Assembly (NCBI GenBank): GCA_043228905.1
Contig: JBHGNT010000001.1
Location: 30,628,001 to 30,692,000 of the forward strand
DNA length: 64,000 bases
Reading direction: 5' to 3'
Source: Azolla caroliniana
Taxonomy: Eukaryota > Plantae > Polypodiophyta
This document shows positions 11,401 through 27,250 of the stretch, piece after piece. Position numbers and translations under genes: made by a program. Under the pieces are notes generated by a model, which saw nothing but the letters and a program-made list of their open reading frames with translations, was not told the origin of the DNA and made no database searches. Position 1 is the first letter of the stretch. Each line of letters opens with the position of its first letter.

Positions 11401-14400
11401 ATGATATCCACCACAACAGTGTATCAGTATGGCACCTCTTATACTCATCGCCTTTCTATTCCTTCTCCTCACTCCGTCTTGGCGACAGTCGCCAAAGAAG
11501 AAGAAGAAAATGACGATGAGAATAAGAAAGAGAAAGATAATGCTGTTTCATTCAGACCGCAAGCGTCCCCTAAGTACAACACCATTCTTGAACATGGTCA
11601 CATCATCCATCGCTCTGTTTCTGAAAAACCTCTTCAGAAACAGAGTAATAAAGAAATCCACACTAGCAAAGAAACCATCCGTATCCTTCTTCAACAAAGT
11701 CATATGGGGAGGGCCATAGACTCTCTCTTTCAAATTGCGGAGATCCCGTCCGTTGAAACGTATTGGCTTCTCTTGAAATCTTGTAGAACGAAAGAAAACA
11801 TTCCAAAAGCTAATTTGGTTCATATCCATTTGGCTTCCAATGGTCTGGATATAACTCGGTTTCTGGGAGAGTCACTTATCGTCACATTTTCTCAATGCAC
11901 TGCTCTTTCAGAAGCAATTTCTTTGTTTCATCGATTGCCCTATCGAACCGCATTGTCATGGGCATCTATCATATCTATGTATATTGACCTGGGTATGTAT
12001 ATCGGTGCCCTCACACTGTATAGTTGTATGCTAGAAGATGATGTTGAACCCAACAAATATATCTTTGTGAGTTTGATTCGAGCTTGTTCGAATATCCCTG
12101 ACTTGCAATGGGGCCAATATTTACATGCCCAAGCAGTGAAATACTCATGTGTTTCTGAGCTATTTGTTGCATCTTGCCTTATTGATATGTATATTAAATG
12201 TGGTAGCTTGGTTCATGCACAAAATGTGTTTGATCAAGTATCTCAACATGATGCTGTTTCCTTGAACTCAATGATGCATGCATATCTAAAACAAGAGAAG
12301 CCTGAAAAAGTTTTGCATTTGTTTGAACAAATGAGAAATGAAGGAATGAAGCTGAATGAAAGAACTCTTATGTTCGGCATCCAAGCATGTTGTTTATTAT
12401 CCCATCAATCTAGCTTTCTATCACATCAAGATATAAACACAATATACACAGCTAGGATGCTACATTCTGAGGCTGTATGCTATGGTTTTGACCTTGATGT
12501 CTTTGTGGGTAGCACACTTGTGAATTTCTATGGCATCCATGGATATATAGTAGAAGCTCGGTACATGTTCAATGCATTGCCAGACCAGGACATTGTCTCA
12601 ATAACTGCCATGTTATCTGCATATGCTGAACAAGGTCAGGGAAGAAGGGCTTTAGAGCTCTATGAAAATTTGCAAGCACTTGGTGTGAGCCCCGATGAGC
12701 AGACATTTACTATAACACTTCAAGCATGTTGTAAATTATTAGAGGAAGAGGAATTGATACCTTTGCCTTTAGACATTGGCCGATCGGTGCACACAAACAT
12801 TGCAATGAGAGGGTATGATTCTGATATCTTTGTCAGAGATAGTCTTGTAAATATGTATGGAAAATGCGGCAGCAACCTAGATGCTAACTATGTGTTTAGC
12901 CAGTGTTGTGCTCACACATCGGTATCATGGAATGCATTGATCTCAGGACACGTTCAGGATGGTGATGCTGAGAAGGCCTTGCAAGCTTATAGGTTGATGC
13001 AAGAGTATGATGTGAATCCCAATGAGCAAACCTTTGTGACTGCTCTCCAAGCTTGTTCTTTACTGGCAGATGAGGAAGAAGCTGTCATTATAGAAGGGAA
13101 GCCAAAAAAGGTTATGTCTGAGGAGATTGGTCGAGCATTACATGCAGATGCTCGAAGAAGGGGGCACGATTCAAATGCATTTATTGGGAGTAGTTTGGTC
13201 AATTTATATGGTAAGTGTATGAACATTGGGTATGCTCACCATGCATTTGATCAAGTGTCTCATCATGATGTGGTCTTGTGGACAGCGATGGTCATGTGTT
13301 ACCTCAACATAGGTGATGGCACAAAGTCTCTACAACTTTACAAATTAATGCAAGAGGAGGGTGTGAGACCGAATGCCCAAACACTTGTGGCTGGCATTCA
13401 AGCATGCTGTAAAGTTGCAGAAACTGAAGAGTATGATATCTTGAAAGCTCAGCCAATCAAACCTATATCCAATGAGCTTGGACAAGCACTCCATGTAGAT
13501 GTAAGACGGAAATGTTTTGAGTCAAATGCCTTCATTTGTAGTGCTCTTGTTGATATGTATGGGAAGTGTGGGAATATTGGAGAAGCAGAGAAGGCTTTTA
13601 ATCAGATAGATTCTCCTGATATTGTTTTGTGGAATACGATGCTTTCAACATATGAGGAGCAGGGTAATGCAGAAAAGGCTTTGCAAATTTATAGTATAAT
13701 GCTAGATAAGGATGTGGTGGTGGACTGTACTTCTCTCACTTGTGTTTTGAATGCATATCGTAGGTTCGGAAACCTAGAGGGTTGCCGAGAAACCCATTTT
13801 AGCATCTTATCTATGGGATATGATCACGATTTAACTCTCATGACCACTCTCATCTACACTTATGGTGATTGTTCAAGTATGCCTGATGCTTATGAAGTTT
13901 TCATGCGTCTCCCAAATGCTGACATTAGCTCTTGGAACGCATTGCTTTGTGGGTATGCAAAAGAAGGAAACTATTCGGAATGCTTCCGCTATTTCGAGAA
14001 AATGGTGGTTGGATCTGGAATAAAACCAAACAAGACCACATTTACAGCTCTGCTATCGGTATGCAATCATGTAGGGCTTCTTGAGGAAAGCATGGAATTC
14101 TTGGAGGCCATGAGTAGAGATTATGGTTTAGTTCCAGATCTCGAGCATTATACATGTGTGGTAGATGTGCTAGGAAGAGCTGGAGACTTCATGAAGGTGG
14201 AAGATCTTCTGTCAACAATGTCGATGCAACCTGATGTAACCATGACCTTACGTTTGTTGAGTGCATGCCAAAAACATGGAAATGTGGGTTTAGGGGAGCT
14301 ATTATTTTATCATGCAGTGATGTTGCAACCTTGGCAAGATGCTCCGTATGTTATAATGTCAAACATTTACGCCAATGCTGGGTTGCATGACTTTGCACAT

Positions 14401-14445
14401 CAGATGAAAAGAAACAAGAGTGAGCAACCATACCCAAAAGTCTAA
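11401..14445 (+). CDS. PLS/E-class PPR protein, 1014 aa, with N-terminal targeting-like extension and four elongated L motifs; no DYW domain
   Basis: Intronless ORF of PLS triplets; E region PDLEHYTCVVDVLGRAG...YVIMSNIYANAG; L motifs carry insertions, e.g. QACSLLADEEEAVIIEGKPKKVMSEEIGRALH. Confidence 0.93.
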   Translation: MISTTTVYQYGTSYTHRLSIPSPHSVLATVAKEEEENDDENKKEKDNAVSFRPQASPKYNTILEHGHIIHRSVSEKPLQKQSNKEIHTSKETIRILLQQSHMGRAIDSLFQIAEIPSVETYWLLLKSCRTKENIPKANLVHIHLASNGLDITRFLGESLIVTFSQCTALSEAISLFHRLPYRTALSWASIISMYIDLGMYIGALTLYSCMLEDDVEPNKYIFVSLIRACSNIPDLQWGQYLHAQAVKYSCVSELFVASCLIDMYIKCGSLVHAQNVFDQVSQHDAVSLNSMMHAYLKQEKPEKVLHLFEQMRNEGMKLNERTLMFGIQACCLLSHQSSFLSHQDINTIYTARMLHSEAVCYGFDLDVFVGSTLVNFYGIHGYIVEARYMFNALPDQDIVSITAMLSAYAEQGQGRRALELYENLQALGVSPDEQTFTITLQACCKLLEEEELIPLPLDIGRSVHTNIAMRGYDSDIFVRDSLVNMYGKCGSNLDANYVFSQCCAHTSVSWNALISGHVQDGDAEKALQAYRLMQEYDVNPNEQTFVTALQACSLLADEEEAVIIEGKPKKVMSEEIGRALHADARRRGHDSNAFIGSSLVNLYGKCMNIGYAHHAFDQVSHHDVVLWTAMVMCYLNIGDGTKSLQLYKLMQEEGVRPNAQTLVAGIQACCKVAETEEYDILKAQPIKPISNELGQALHVDVRRKCFESNAFICSALVDMYGKCGNIGEAEKAFNQIDSPDIVLWNTMLSTYEEQGNAEKALQIYSIMLDKDVVVDCTSLTCVLNAYRRFGNLEGCRETHFSILSMGYDHDLTLMTTLIYTYGDCSSMPDAYEVFMRLPNADISSWNALLCGYAKEGNYSECFRYFEKMVVGSGIKPNKTTFTALLSVCNHVGLLEESMEFLEAMSRDYGLVPDLEHYTCVVDVLGRAGDFMKVEDLLSTMSMQPDVTMTLRLLSACQKHGNVGLGELLFYHAVMLQPWQDAPYVIMSNIYANAGLHDFAHQMKRNKSEQPYPKV

Positions 14446-14999
14446 CTTCCAAACTATTGGAAAAGAAAATGCTGAAAACATACCCTAAACCCCAGCACTG
14501 AATTCTAAACTAACCTTTCAACCCTAAATTGGTTGCATGGGGGAATATTTAACCATGAAAATTGATATGTGCTCCAACACAATAAGAACCAAAGTTCAGA
14601 ACCATATAAAAAACCATGTATGTATATATGCCTTGAAGATATTTCATGTGTGGCTTTAGTTCCTTGGGTACAATACATGTTCTCCCCAAGCAAAAGCTTG
14701 AGCATAAGACATCCATGGCAACTATTGTTTTGGTTGTGTATAATCAAATATTTGTGTCATGCCTATGTATTAATATTTGAACCAACCCATTTTTGGTAAT
14801 GTTAAACCAATTCAGTGGTGATAATATTATTGGTGGACACTTTGTTATAGGCATAACCTTGCGGACAAATTCTGCCACTAATTTTAATGGGTTAAGGGTG
14901 GTTTTGTAAATTGAAGGAACTTGTTTTGATCCTTTGTGGGGAGCATCACAAAATGAACATGGAAGCATCTCTCATTCTTATAATTATTGTGAATCATAC

Positions 15000-17150
15000 A
15001 TATTTTGATTGGACTCAAAAGTCAACAATTGATACAATGATACTTGTGAATGGTTAGGTTTCCCCTAAATCTCTTACAAATGAACTTCATATTTGTTGAA
15101 TTGGGCATACAAAAACAAAGCAAAAATAAAGAATAACTTATGAGCAAAACACACAAATATACCTTAAACTTCAATATGATGCACAACTTGCAATGATAAA
15201 CAATGTTATCTACAACAGTAAAGTTGTGGGTTCACATCTCGATTGTTCATAGAAAATATGTTCATAATCTCAGTTTGAGATCATGCATGTTGAATTTGAT
15301 GTTGCATTCATGAGAAAAATGTTTCATAATTTAAATAAGGGATCTAACACTAATTTTTAATATTAAAGTAATAGCTTAATAACATCTGATACGATATTTT
15401 TTTTAAAGAAAATGAATATCATGCCATGAAAAACTTCCATGAAGTAGAACAAAATAATCAATTGTGTCTAGGGCAACTAGAGGATTTTTTGTACAAAATC
15501 ATTTTGCATGCACCAACATGAGTTATGTGCAAACGAAAATGGTGCAATCAAGAAATATGCATGTGTGAAAATTGACTAAAGCGCCATGCCACACTTCGAG
15601 AGGAAAGTCTAAACTATGAAAAATACCTCAAGCAATCAGCATGCATCAACATCAAGTTGAGGAGCAAGCCATTCAACAATAGGAAACTTTGATATTTGAA
15701 TGTCTACAATGTGCACGCTTAACCTTAGATATTTTATGATTCGTCAGGTAGTAATATTGTCAATTGAATGCCTAATGATCCAACCACGATGAGGTGATTA
15801 AGGCACTAGGAGATTTCAAAGGGCTATAATAAATGTCCATATGAACCATAATCATATCTTGATAAAGACAATGCAATTCTCATAATACTCAATGATCATT
15901 TTAAATGGTGTTGTTTATAATATGTAAACATACACATGTTCGTTTGAGGAGGAACAAATTTGTACGCTTGACCAAATGAATAGTGCACCCATGTCATGTT
16001 GCTTATCATTAATGGATCATGTGAATTCTACCTAATGGCATGATATGGACTATTATGTTATACTCAAACCATCTTGTTTACTCTATGTACATATGTATGA
16101 GATGGAAAATGATTAAGACCATATTTTGCCTTTGTCCATGACAAACAAATAATTTGTATATATTGTCACATGTGCTTTTTATTGTATGCCAATGACATGT
16201 CTCGTCCATGACAATATTCTATCATATGTAGTTGTATTTGGATGTCCAGATATGCATGGCAAATACATTATGTTACGAAGAAAAGGATCTTAGATTTGCA
16301 TAAGGAAAAACACTAGTTGAGTGGTCCTAGTGTGGAATAGAAAATAATTAAGTTAAGCATAAATCCAAACTAGAAGGCATTATTAGGCCTATTTTATGAA
16401 TTTAAACTTAACATTATAATATTGACCTACAAGGTGTAGATCTAGGCCGGAGGTACGATCCAAACTTTATCCATCCACATGTGTTATTGGTGCATTGGCT
16501 CGATAAAGATATGCAAATGCTCATAACATGTTACAATCATTAATGAGTCAAACCCAATTATGTAAATGAATAGTTGAACATGCTCCATTGTGTCATTATA
16601 CTCCAACTAATTTATGAATCGTATATTTATTTGTGTGTACGTGTCAGAATGAGATCAATGAATGTGCCATAGAGGTTGACAACTTCAAATCTTATCAAGA
16701 AGTGTTTTGCTACCCATGTGCACCTCATGAGTCATTATGCTTGGATTAGCTCACAATACAAAATCAATAAACATCTAGTCTCTCACTACATTCACGATTA
16801 CGCTTGGACTCATTTACGATTCAAACATGATGTAATAAACATAACACACACATGGAGATACTAAGAGGATATTAGAGAAACGCAACAAGAAGGTACACCT
16901 CACAAGAGCTTATCTAAATGTCGATATGAAGGGCACAAGCTCACACTCCATCAAGAATCAAGACAAAAAAAGGTTGCAGAGTTGGACTATTGTATTTGAC
17001 TTACTTCGTATTATTGAAGACGGTTTGCAACATGACATTAAATATAAGGATGTACACACACACATACATATTATGTATATGATAGATGTGACCCAAGCTT
17101 GCACAACAAAACGGAAGTGAAAATGCATGTGAAATTGGGAATTGTGGAAC
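15000..17150 (+). mobile_element. Decayed LINE ORF2 fossil (RT to C-terminal Cys/His region)
   Basis: In order: cctaatgatccaacc (PNDPT) ~15771, ggagatttcaaagggctat (GFRKGY-like) ~15809, ttattgtatgccaatgac (LLYAND, from YADD) 16179-16196, GTSSHS at ~16932 followed by an IED motif. Boundaries approximate. Confidence 0.6.
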
Positions 17151-18046
17151 TCAAAAAAAGGGATTATTACTCAATCGAGAGATGTATTGCGATTTGCATG
17201 CTACGAATAATAGCACATGCTTGACTTTATTTACAAGAGAGGGCAGGGTTGCTTCCAAGGTAGCAATTTCATGAATATGAGACGATGGATGAAAGAGGGA
17301 TTAACGAAGTGTAGTAGTAGTAGGGTGTGGGGTATGAGGATTGAAACAGGTGAATGACTTGATGGGCAGGGGGCGAGGATTTGGGCCGGCCCAGCATTAT
17401 GGACATTTGGGCCAAACAAAACCATGGAGGCATAGATAGGTTTAAGAAGAAAAATGAAACCAAAACGATGGGATGGGATGGGATGGGATGGACGGATGGG
17501 GTTCAATGGATATGGACGAATAAACGAATGGGGACACGTAACAATACATACATACATTATTACATACATACATACATACATACTTCATACTATTCTCATT
17601 TCCAATTTCCTATTTTCCATTTTTCTCATTTCAGCCATTCTCCATTTTCCATTATTTGCTTTTATTATATTAGAGATGAATTATTTATTTCAACAGAAAG
17701 AGAATATGTGTTCTTTAAACTTCTGGATCCCACCCCCGCAAGCACACAGGCAATTTTGATCTTTGTTTCCATGTATATAATCACTCCCAGCCCACCCCAA
17801 ATCGATCCACTTACTGACTGTCTGACTGTTCGATCGATCACACAGACATAACGGCCCAGAAACTAATCCCCCCCCCCCCCCCCCGCCCCCAAATCAATAA
17901 TATAGAATTTAGGGAGGAGTTATATATCGAGATTACCACTTTAATATCATTCATTCGTATCATCAGATCCTTCAGGTAAAAACAAAACTACCACTGGACC
18001 TCTTTGTTTTCTTTGTTTCTTTCTTCGGATCCTGAAAGATATAGAA

Positions 18047-21418
<3,372 letters not shown>

Positions 21419-22381
21419 TCAATGAAATTGTAAATAGATGTGTCTGATATTACGATCATATTTTTCTAACTACAAAAGTGTGATATGTAAAATCCTACGC
21501 AAAATAATTCAAGCCATGGTTTCATTTTCAGTTTTATTTGTATTTTTCACTTCTTTCATGTGCAGAATTTTGCTCCGTGTATTTTTCCCATTAATGGATT
21601 TCATTTGATCATAGAGATCAAAAGAAACCCTCAAACCATGAGAAAAGAGCCTCAATACGTAGCAAATGGCAAAAAATAATAATTTAATTGGACTATATCA
21701 TGATAATTATTAATAATCAGCAATTGATTAATTGAATCAACCAATGAAGTACTGATTCATATTATATGGGAGTCCCATCCAACTGCGCAACACAATTTTA
21801 CGTACGATCACACTTTGTTAGGAATTTGGTGGACCACAGACCTCTTTCATGGTCCCCACAGATAGCAGCACCCTTGGCTGCATTATATTTGCTCAACACA
21901 TACGGGCCTAGATAACTATGATGGATCATCCTCCTCCTATAGGGCCCTAGATGGCGATCACACCGCACTCTATTATTATAGTTATTTTCAGCGAGTCAAA
22001 AAGCGTACCAAATTACAATTGTTATTATCGAAGCGTGACCCTGGATAGGGTTTAAAACATTTATATAATGGTTACTTTTATTCTTTAATCGAAGGGTGTC
22101 GTCCGTCACAGAGTAGTCACTATGCCAAGTTCCTTCAATCATTATAGAAATATATGTGTTGTCTTCATTGTAGGCCTCAAAAGTATAAAATTTATTACAA
22201 AGTAATTTAAATTGAGAGAGAGGGAAAGATCAAAGGCTTGTTGAGAACAATATGATTAATGTGGAAGGTGCATTTTTGTGGATGGATTATAATGCTTGTT
22301 GCGTTTTTGTGGTAATAATTTATAGCGGGGGGGGGGGAAGATATTCATGAAGATGAGCAAATGGTGGATGTGAGGATCTGA

Positions 22382-22612
22382 TTAGGTGGGCATGGGCACG
22401 GCATCATACTGTTGGAAGGACGGTAATGACAAGGGCCGTGGAGGTGGTAATGGCGGCTGCTGCTGTGCCTGTTGAGCGTTATTGTACTGAAACTGTCTTT
22501 GCGGTTGCTCATCTTCGTCCCCATCATCCATGACCATGGCTTGAGCCTGCTTCTTCTTGGAACGGCAGAAGCAGAAGCAGGAGCAACAGGGGCATTGGAA
22601 CAAGAACTTCAT
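22382..22612 (-). CDS. Small 76-aa protein with Cys-rich N-terminus (MKFLFQCPCCSCFCFC), basic patch and Q/P-rich tail
   Basis: Good start context (accATGa), GC-richer than its flanks, GA/GAA-repeat leader typical of plant 5' UTRs, and a CACGTG G-box at ~22815. The N-terminus resembles a small uncharacterised plant protein family (from memory, not verified). Confidence 0.7.
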   Translation of the reverse strand: MKFLFQCPCCSCFCFCRSKKKQAQAMVMDDGDEDEQPQRQFQYNNAQQAQQQPPLPPPRPLSLPSFQQYDAVPMPT

Positions 22613-23829
22613 GGTCTCTCTCTCTCTCGCTCTCTCTCAGTGTCTCTCTGTCTACGCACCGATACGATCACTAGTACTTCTATGGATTTCTTCTAGCTCT
22701 GCTACTGCTTCTTCTGCTTCTGCTTCTGCTTCTGCTTCTTTCTTCTTCTTCTTCTGCTTCTTCTTCGTTTTTCTGTCTCTTGCCGTTTCCTTTGGTGTCC
22801 TTTCCACAAAACGACACGTGCCCTTTCCAAAAATGAAACATAAATCAAATAAAACTTACGGTATCAATGTACATATGTATTATACGTATTATACGCTATA
22901 TCCCTAATACGTATACACATATAAATCTCGTTTTACACGTATGTATTTGATGTATGTACGTATATGTCTCTCACACACATACATTATGATTACACATAAC
23001 AAGTCATGACTCATGGCCAATCTCTTGCCTATATGTATATTTTCCAAAACCAAACATTTGAACCCTTCTCTCTCTCTCAGATATTGTCTCTCCCCTTGTC
23101 CAATTTCCGTCATCTCTTTCTGTATGTACATTTCATGCCCATCATCGAATCCGATTAGCATTCATTAACCTGAAAGGGATTGATTATATCTTTTTCTTTT
23201 CCTCTTTATTGTTTCTTAGATTATGTCTAATCGTGCAAACTTGGGCACTGCCTCACTCCTATCACAATCGACGATGATCCATGTCCCCATCATTGCTCGT
23301 GTCCAATTCGTGTTCACACCAATTGACATTGATCGTTATACATTCGGGGTAAACAATATTTCCAAGAGAAGGGTCCGATGTTTTGATTTTAACTCATGCA
23401 TTGATCATTGGACTCGTGCACAAATTAAGCTCGTCACTTGTAGTTGTCATCCCCCACTATTTGATGATCATTGTCCACAACATGGAGACAAAACAATGGA
23501 CAATCTACAATCCATGTCCCATGACCAATGTGCCAAATTTAATGTGTGGCGTGGAGCCCACTCTCTTGAACCATGTCCATTCTATGGTCAATCTCCATCA
23601 AGTGTACATGAATGTCACCCCTTCTTGGATTGCCACAATCCATGTATCATGGCCAATGTGCAACTTTTTTCATTTGATTTTGAGGCCTTATAATATCCCC
23701 CCTCCTTGTCCAATACTCAATGTTTATGACCCTTGTCCCACCCATGGCAATCATGCCACGTGTCTCTGTTATGTTGTCTCCTGATCAAACCATGCCCACC
23801 ATTTGAAACCCAAAATTACCCAATCCCTC

Positions 23830-24163
23830 TCTCACACACCATACACATACACATTCCCATATGTCAAGTTTCTAGACATCATCATTGGCATCAGTTATCA
23901 CCCATCCTTGTTTTTTTGTCAGTTGACCAGTCAATGTTCGCCATTTGAACGCAAAAATGAAGCAATCCGTATTTCACAAACAATGTCCATTCTTCCCATA
24001 GGTTCATGTTTCTAGACATCATCATCGGCGTTGATGATCACCCGTTCCTATTTTATTGTCGCTTGGGGCCACCATCTGAACGCCGAAAATGAAGCAATCC
24101 ATCCCTATTTCACACACATACACATTCCAATAGGTCATGTTTCCAGGACATCAGCACCGGCAC
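23830..24163 (+). repeat. ~135-140 bp tandem repeat, about 2.4 copies, in the divergent intergenic region
   Basis: gtttctagacatcatcat(t/c)ggc...gaacgc...aaatgaagcaatcc at ~23868 and ~24008, with a partial copy at ~24139. Confidence 0.85.
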
Positions 24164-24395
24164 AATGGGTGAGTCCAATCCAATGGTGGTAAACCCTTCT
24201 CCTCCTCCTCCATCACAAATTATTCACAAATGTGTGTATGTACATATTTGAATGAAGCAAGTATATACATGATATACACTTGCATATTGGTATATAACAA
24301 TATAACTACTTAAACCCCTTTCCAGCTTAAACCCCCCCCCCCCCTGTCCAACCTCTGTCTCGACTCTGTCTACGCACGCACACTCAGGTTTTGCT

Positions 24396-26357
24396 ATGCT
24401 GTTGGATCGTTTTGGTTTCTGGCTGAGAAAACTGAAGCTCTCCATTCTACAAGGTAGGCCTTCTCTCCCTCCAACCCAGCCCAACGCCATATCTTCCATT
24501 TTTCAGGCTTCATGTAAGCTTATCTCAGTAAGAAGCATCATGGGAATAGATAACTATAACACACCAAAAGGAAAGAACACAATAGCAGAGAAACCTGTCT
24601 CAGAAGAATGTTTAGACTCATCCAGAAAAGTCGGTTCTTCTTCACCATCTTCTTCTCGTGGCCTAACTTTGAAATCGTTGCTCTCTAAGAAAACCCCAAA
24701 ACTGTATAAAACTAGTCTTCCTTGCAAATTTAGGGTTTTGAAATACCCGCATAAACTTAACCAAAGAAGCACTCAGGTTCTCTCTATCTTAACCTCTTTT
24801 AACACATGGAACAAGGAGGTTCAAAACTCTGTGGAGGCTCTTCACGTCAAGCTTAGTTGCAAAGTTGTGAGAGAAGTCATCAAATCTCTCTCTGATGTTC
24901 GAATGGCTTCTAGTTTCTTTGAATGGGCTACCAATCAAAAGGGTTTTAAGCATAATACAAAGACGTATTCTGCTATTGTTCGGTTAGTGGGTGAATCAGG
25001 AGATCTCGCCCACATGAACAATCTCTTAATACAAATGCATAAAGAAGGGTGCCCTCTCACACCTTACTTCTTGGCTGACATAATGATGGTATATGGTAAG
25101 CTCAATATGGCGGAAGAAGCTATTCTCGTCTTCAATGAGATGGAAAGCTCAGGTTGTCCCCCTAATCGATTTGTATATAATTGTCTCATCAGCATCCTCA
25201 CTAGAGGTGGATATCTCGAAGGAAGTAAAGAAGTCCACAATTTGATGTGGAAAGTGGGAGGGGATTGTCTGCCTGATGCAATTACATATAATATGCTTAT
25301 TGATAAACATGGAAAAACCGGAGATATACTCGAGGCCAAGAGGTATTGCATTGAAATGAAGAAGAAAGGCATCAAGCCAAATGAAAAAAGTTATGCTAGC
25401 CTTATTGGTAGCCTCAGTAGAGCTGGGAAAATTGATAAGGCTTGTGAACTTTTTGACAACATCAAGAGTAAAAGCAATAGTTGTAGATTGATCAATAGGG
25501 TGACCTATACCGAGCTAATCCGGGGCCTTGGAAAGGCAGGTAACTGGAAAAGTGCATTAGAAGTGTTTAGGGAAATGGAAAGCTCAGGATGCTCTTTAGA
25601 TGTGGTAGTATACAACATTATGATTGATATGCTAGTCAGGCGAAGGATGGTAACCGAAGCATGGAAAATGTTTGTTTCAATGCAAACGAAGCAATGCCAG
25701 CCAAATGTGGTGACCTATAACTCTCTTATACTTGGTTTTTGTTTTGTTAAGAGGTTGGATGAGGCGTTCCGATGGTATGAAGACATGCAACAGAACCATA
25801 TCAAACCTGATAACCATACCCATGCAATCCTTATAAATGGTCTTTGCAAAACTGGGAAGTTGGCTGAAGCTTATCAATTCCTAAAGGACAAGGAAAAAAG
25901 CCAAACAAAAAATATGAGTATGAATGTTGTTGTCCATAATGCTATGCTCGACGGCCTTGTTAAGGCTGGGGAATATGAAGCTGCATGTGCTCATTTCAAG
26001 GAGATGGAAGAAAGTGGTTGCCTTCTGGATGTCTTCTCGTATTCCATCATTATCCATGGTTTTGGAAATAGTGGTAAGGCGAGTGATGCATTTGATATGT
26101 ATAAGAAAATGAAGAAGTCAGGACTTCGACCTAACCTTGTGACATTCAATACTTTGATCCATGTCTTGGGGAAAGCTGGAATGATTTTTGAAGTGCATGA
26201 GATAGTTGAAGAGATGACCTCTCTCGGTTATCAACCAGATGTTATAACTTACACGTCCCTACTTCCAGTGGTTGGAAAGGACAGCAAAAGTTTCAGGCTT
26301 GCAACTAAGTGTAGGTTTGATCACGTTCTCGGGATTCGTCTCCGATCAAGCTCATGA
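24396..26357 (+). CDS. P-class pentatricopeptide repeat protein, intronless
   Basis: FFEWATNQKGFKHNTKTY N-terminal signature followed by ~11-12 tandem 35-aa P motifs (PDAITYNMLI, PNVVTYNSLI, PNLVTFNTLI). The start could be a downstream ATG at ~24540. Confidence 0.93.
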   Translation: MLLDRFGFWLRKLKLSILQGRPSLPPTQPNAISSIFQASCKLISVRSIMGIDNYNTPKGKNTIAEKPVSEECLDSSRKVGSSSPSSSRGLTLKSLLSKKTPKLYKTSLPCKFRVLKYPHKLNQRSTQVLSILTSFNTWNKEVQNSVEALHVKLSCKVVREVIKSLSDVRMASSFFEWATNQKGFKHNTKTYSAIVRLVGESGDLAHMNNLLIQMHKEGCPLTPYFLADIMMVYGKLNMAEEAILVFNEMESSGCPPNRFVYNCLISILTRGGYLEGSKEVHNLMWKVGGDCLPDAITYNMLIDKHGKTGDILEAKRYCIEMKKKGIKPNEKSYASLIGSLSRAGKIDKACELFDNIKSKSNSCRLINRVTYTELIRGLGKAGNWKSALEVFREMESSGCSLDVVVYNIMIDMLVRRRMVTEAWKMFVSMQTKQCQPNVVTYNSLILGFCFVKRLDEAFRWYEDMQQNHIKPDNHTHAILINGLCKTGKLAEAYQFLKDKEKSQTKNMSMNVVVHNAMLDGLVKAGEYEAACAHFKEMEESGCLLDVFSYSIIIHGFGNSGKASDAFDMYKKMKKSGLRPNLVTFNTLIHVLGKAGMIFEVHEIVEEMTSLGYQPDVITYTSLLPVVGKDSKSFRLATKCRFDHVLGIRLRSSS

Positions 26358-26499
26358 ATATTCTTTCCAGGGTTGAACCCTAATAGAAACTTTGAAATTC
26401 CAGGCAAGCATTTTTTTGTGTCTAGCTGATATATTTGCTATCCATTAGGGAATGCCCTGGTCACTTACATTAATTAATACACTCGTAAGGCATAGTCAT

Positions 26500-27250
26500 T
26501 GTAAGGGTGTGAGCTCACATAGTACTTGTACATTTTTTGAGTGTAAGTATATATTACCCAGGTGATGATGAGAAAGAAAATGAAATATACCCACTATTCG
26601 GGCATCAGTTCTCGTCTGTAGTTGTTCCACATTAATCTTTTTAGTGTAGATGTATATTATATATTCCACCTTATAATGAGGACGAACCATTATACGTAAA
26701 TGCATTCTATACTTAATATATTTTCCCATTGTCTTTCAATGAGGATGAAACCATAGTTTGAGCCATACTTCCCATTCATGCCATACTCATATGTGAAATG
26801 GCGCCAAGTATGATTGAAATTCATTCGTCTATATTTACATAGATCACCAATAGGACTACTTCTTGAGAATATCATCTGATTAGGTTACACCCAAGATCAA
26901 ATGTTTTAAAATTAGAGCTTTCAAGTACTTCTCTACAACAAATGCTTCCATTATAGAGGCTTCAGCCTTCAATCACTATTTATGTCACTATGGATTAATC
27001 AAAGGGAATAAGGCTTAGGGTTGTTAAAGTGCTAATACATTGCCATAGACCAATCACTATTTTTGTTGCTCAAGGTCCAATTTTGTACTACATGGGGGGC
27101 TAATGCTTGCTTAGCACCAGAAGGTTTAGTTAATGATTTAACATGTGAGTTAACAACTAATTCAATAATGAACTATGACAACAAATTCTCCCAATACATA
27201 AACTCTAAGGTTTAAGACAAAAGAATTTTGAGGCACATCTCTCTAGCATC
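26500..27250 (-). mobile_element. Decayed LINE RT N-terminal fragment
   Basis: Minus strand gacataaatagtgattgaaggctgaa (resembles DINGLKAE), then cgtataatggtt (resembles NYRTIMV). Very degenerate. Confidence 0.3.

Noticed and set aside
17231-17851. Several overlapping ORFs with GWDGM/YIHT repeats
   Set aside because: Products of (GGATG)n and (TACA)n microsatellites in a promoter region.
23223-23784. 156-aa and 133-aa overlapping ORFs
   Set aside because: No recognisable domain; more likely chance ORFs over decayed repeat DNA.
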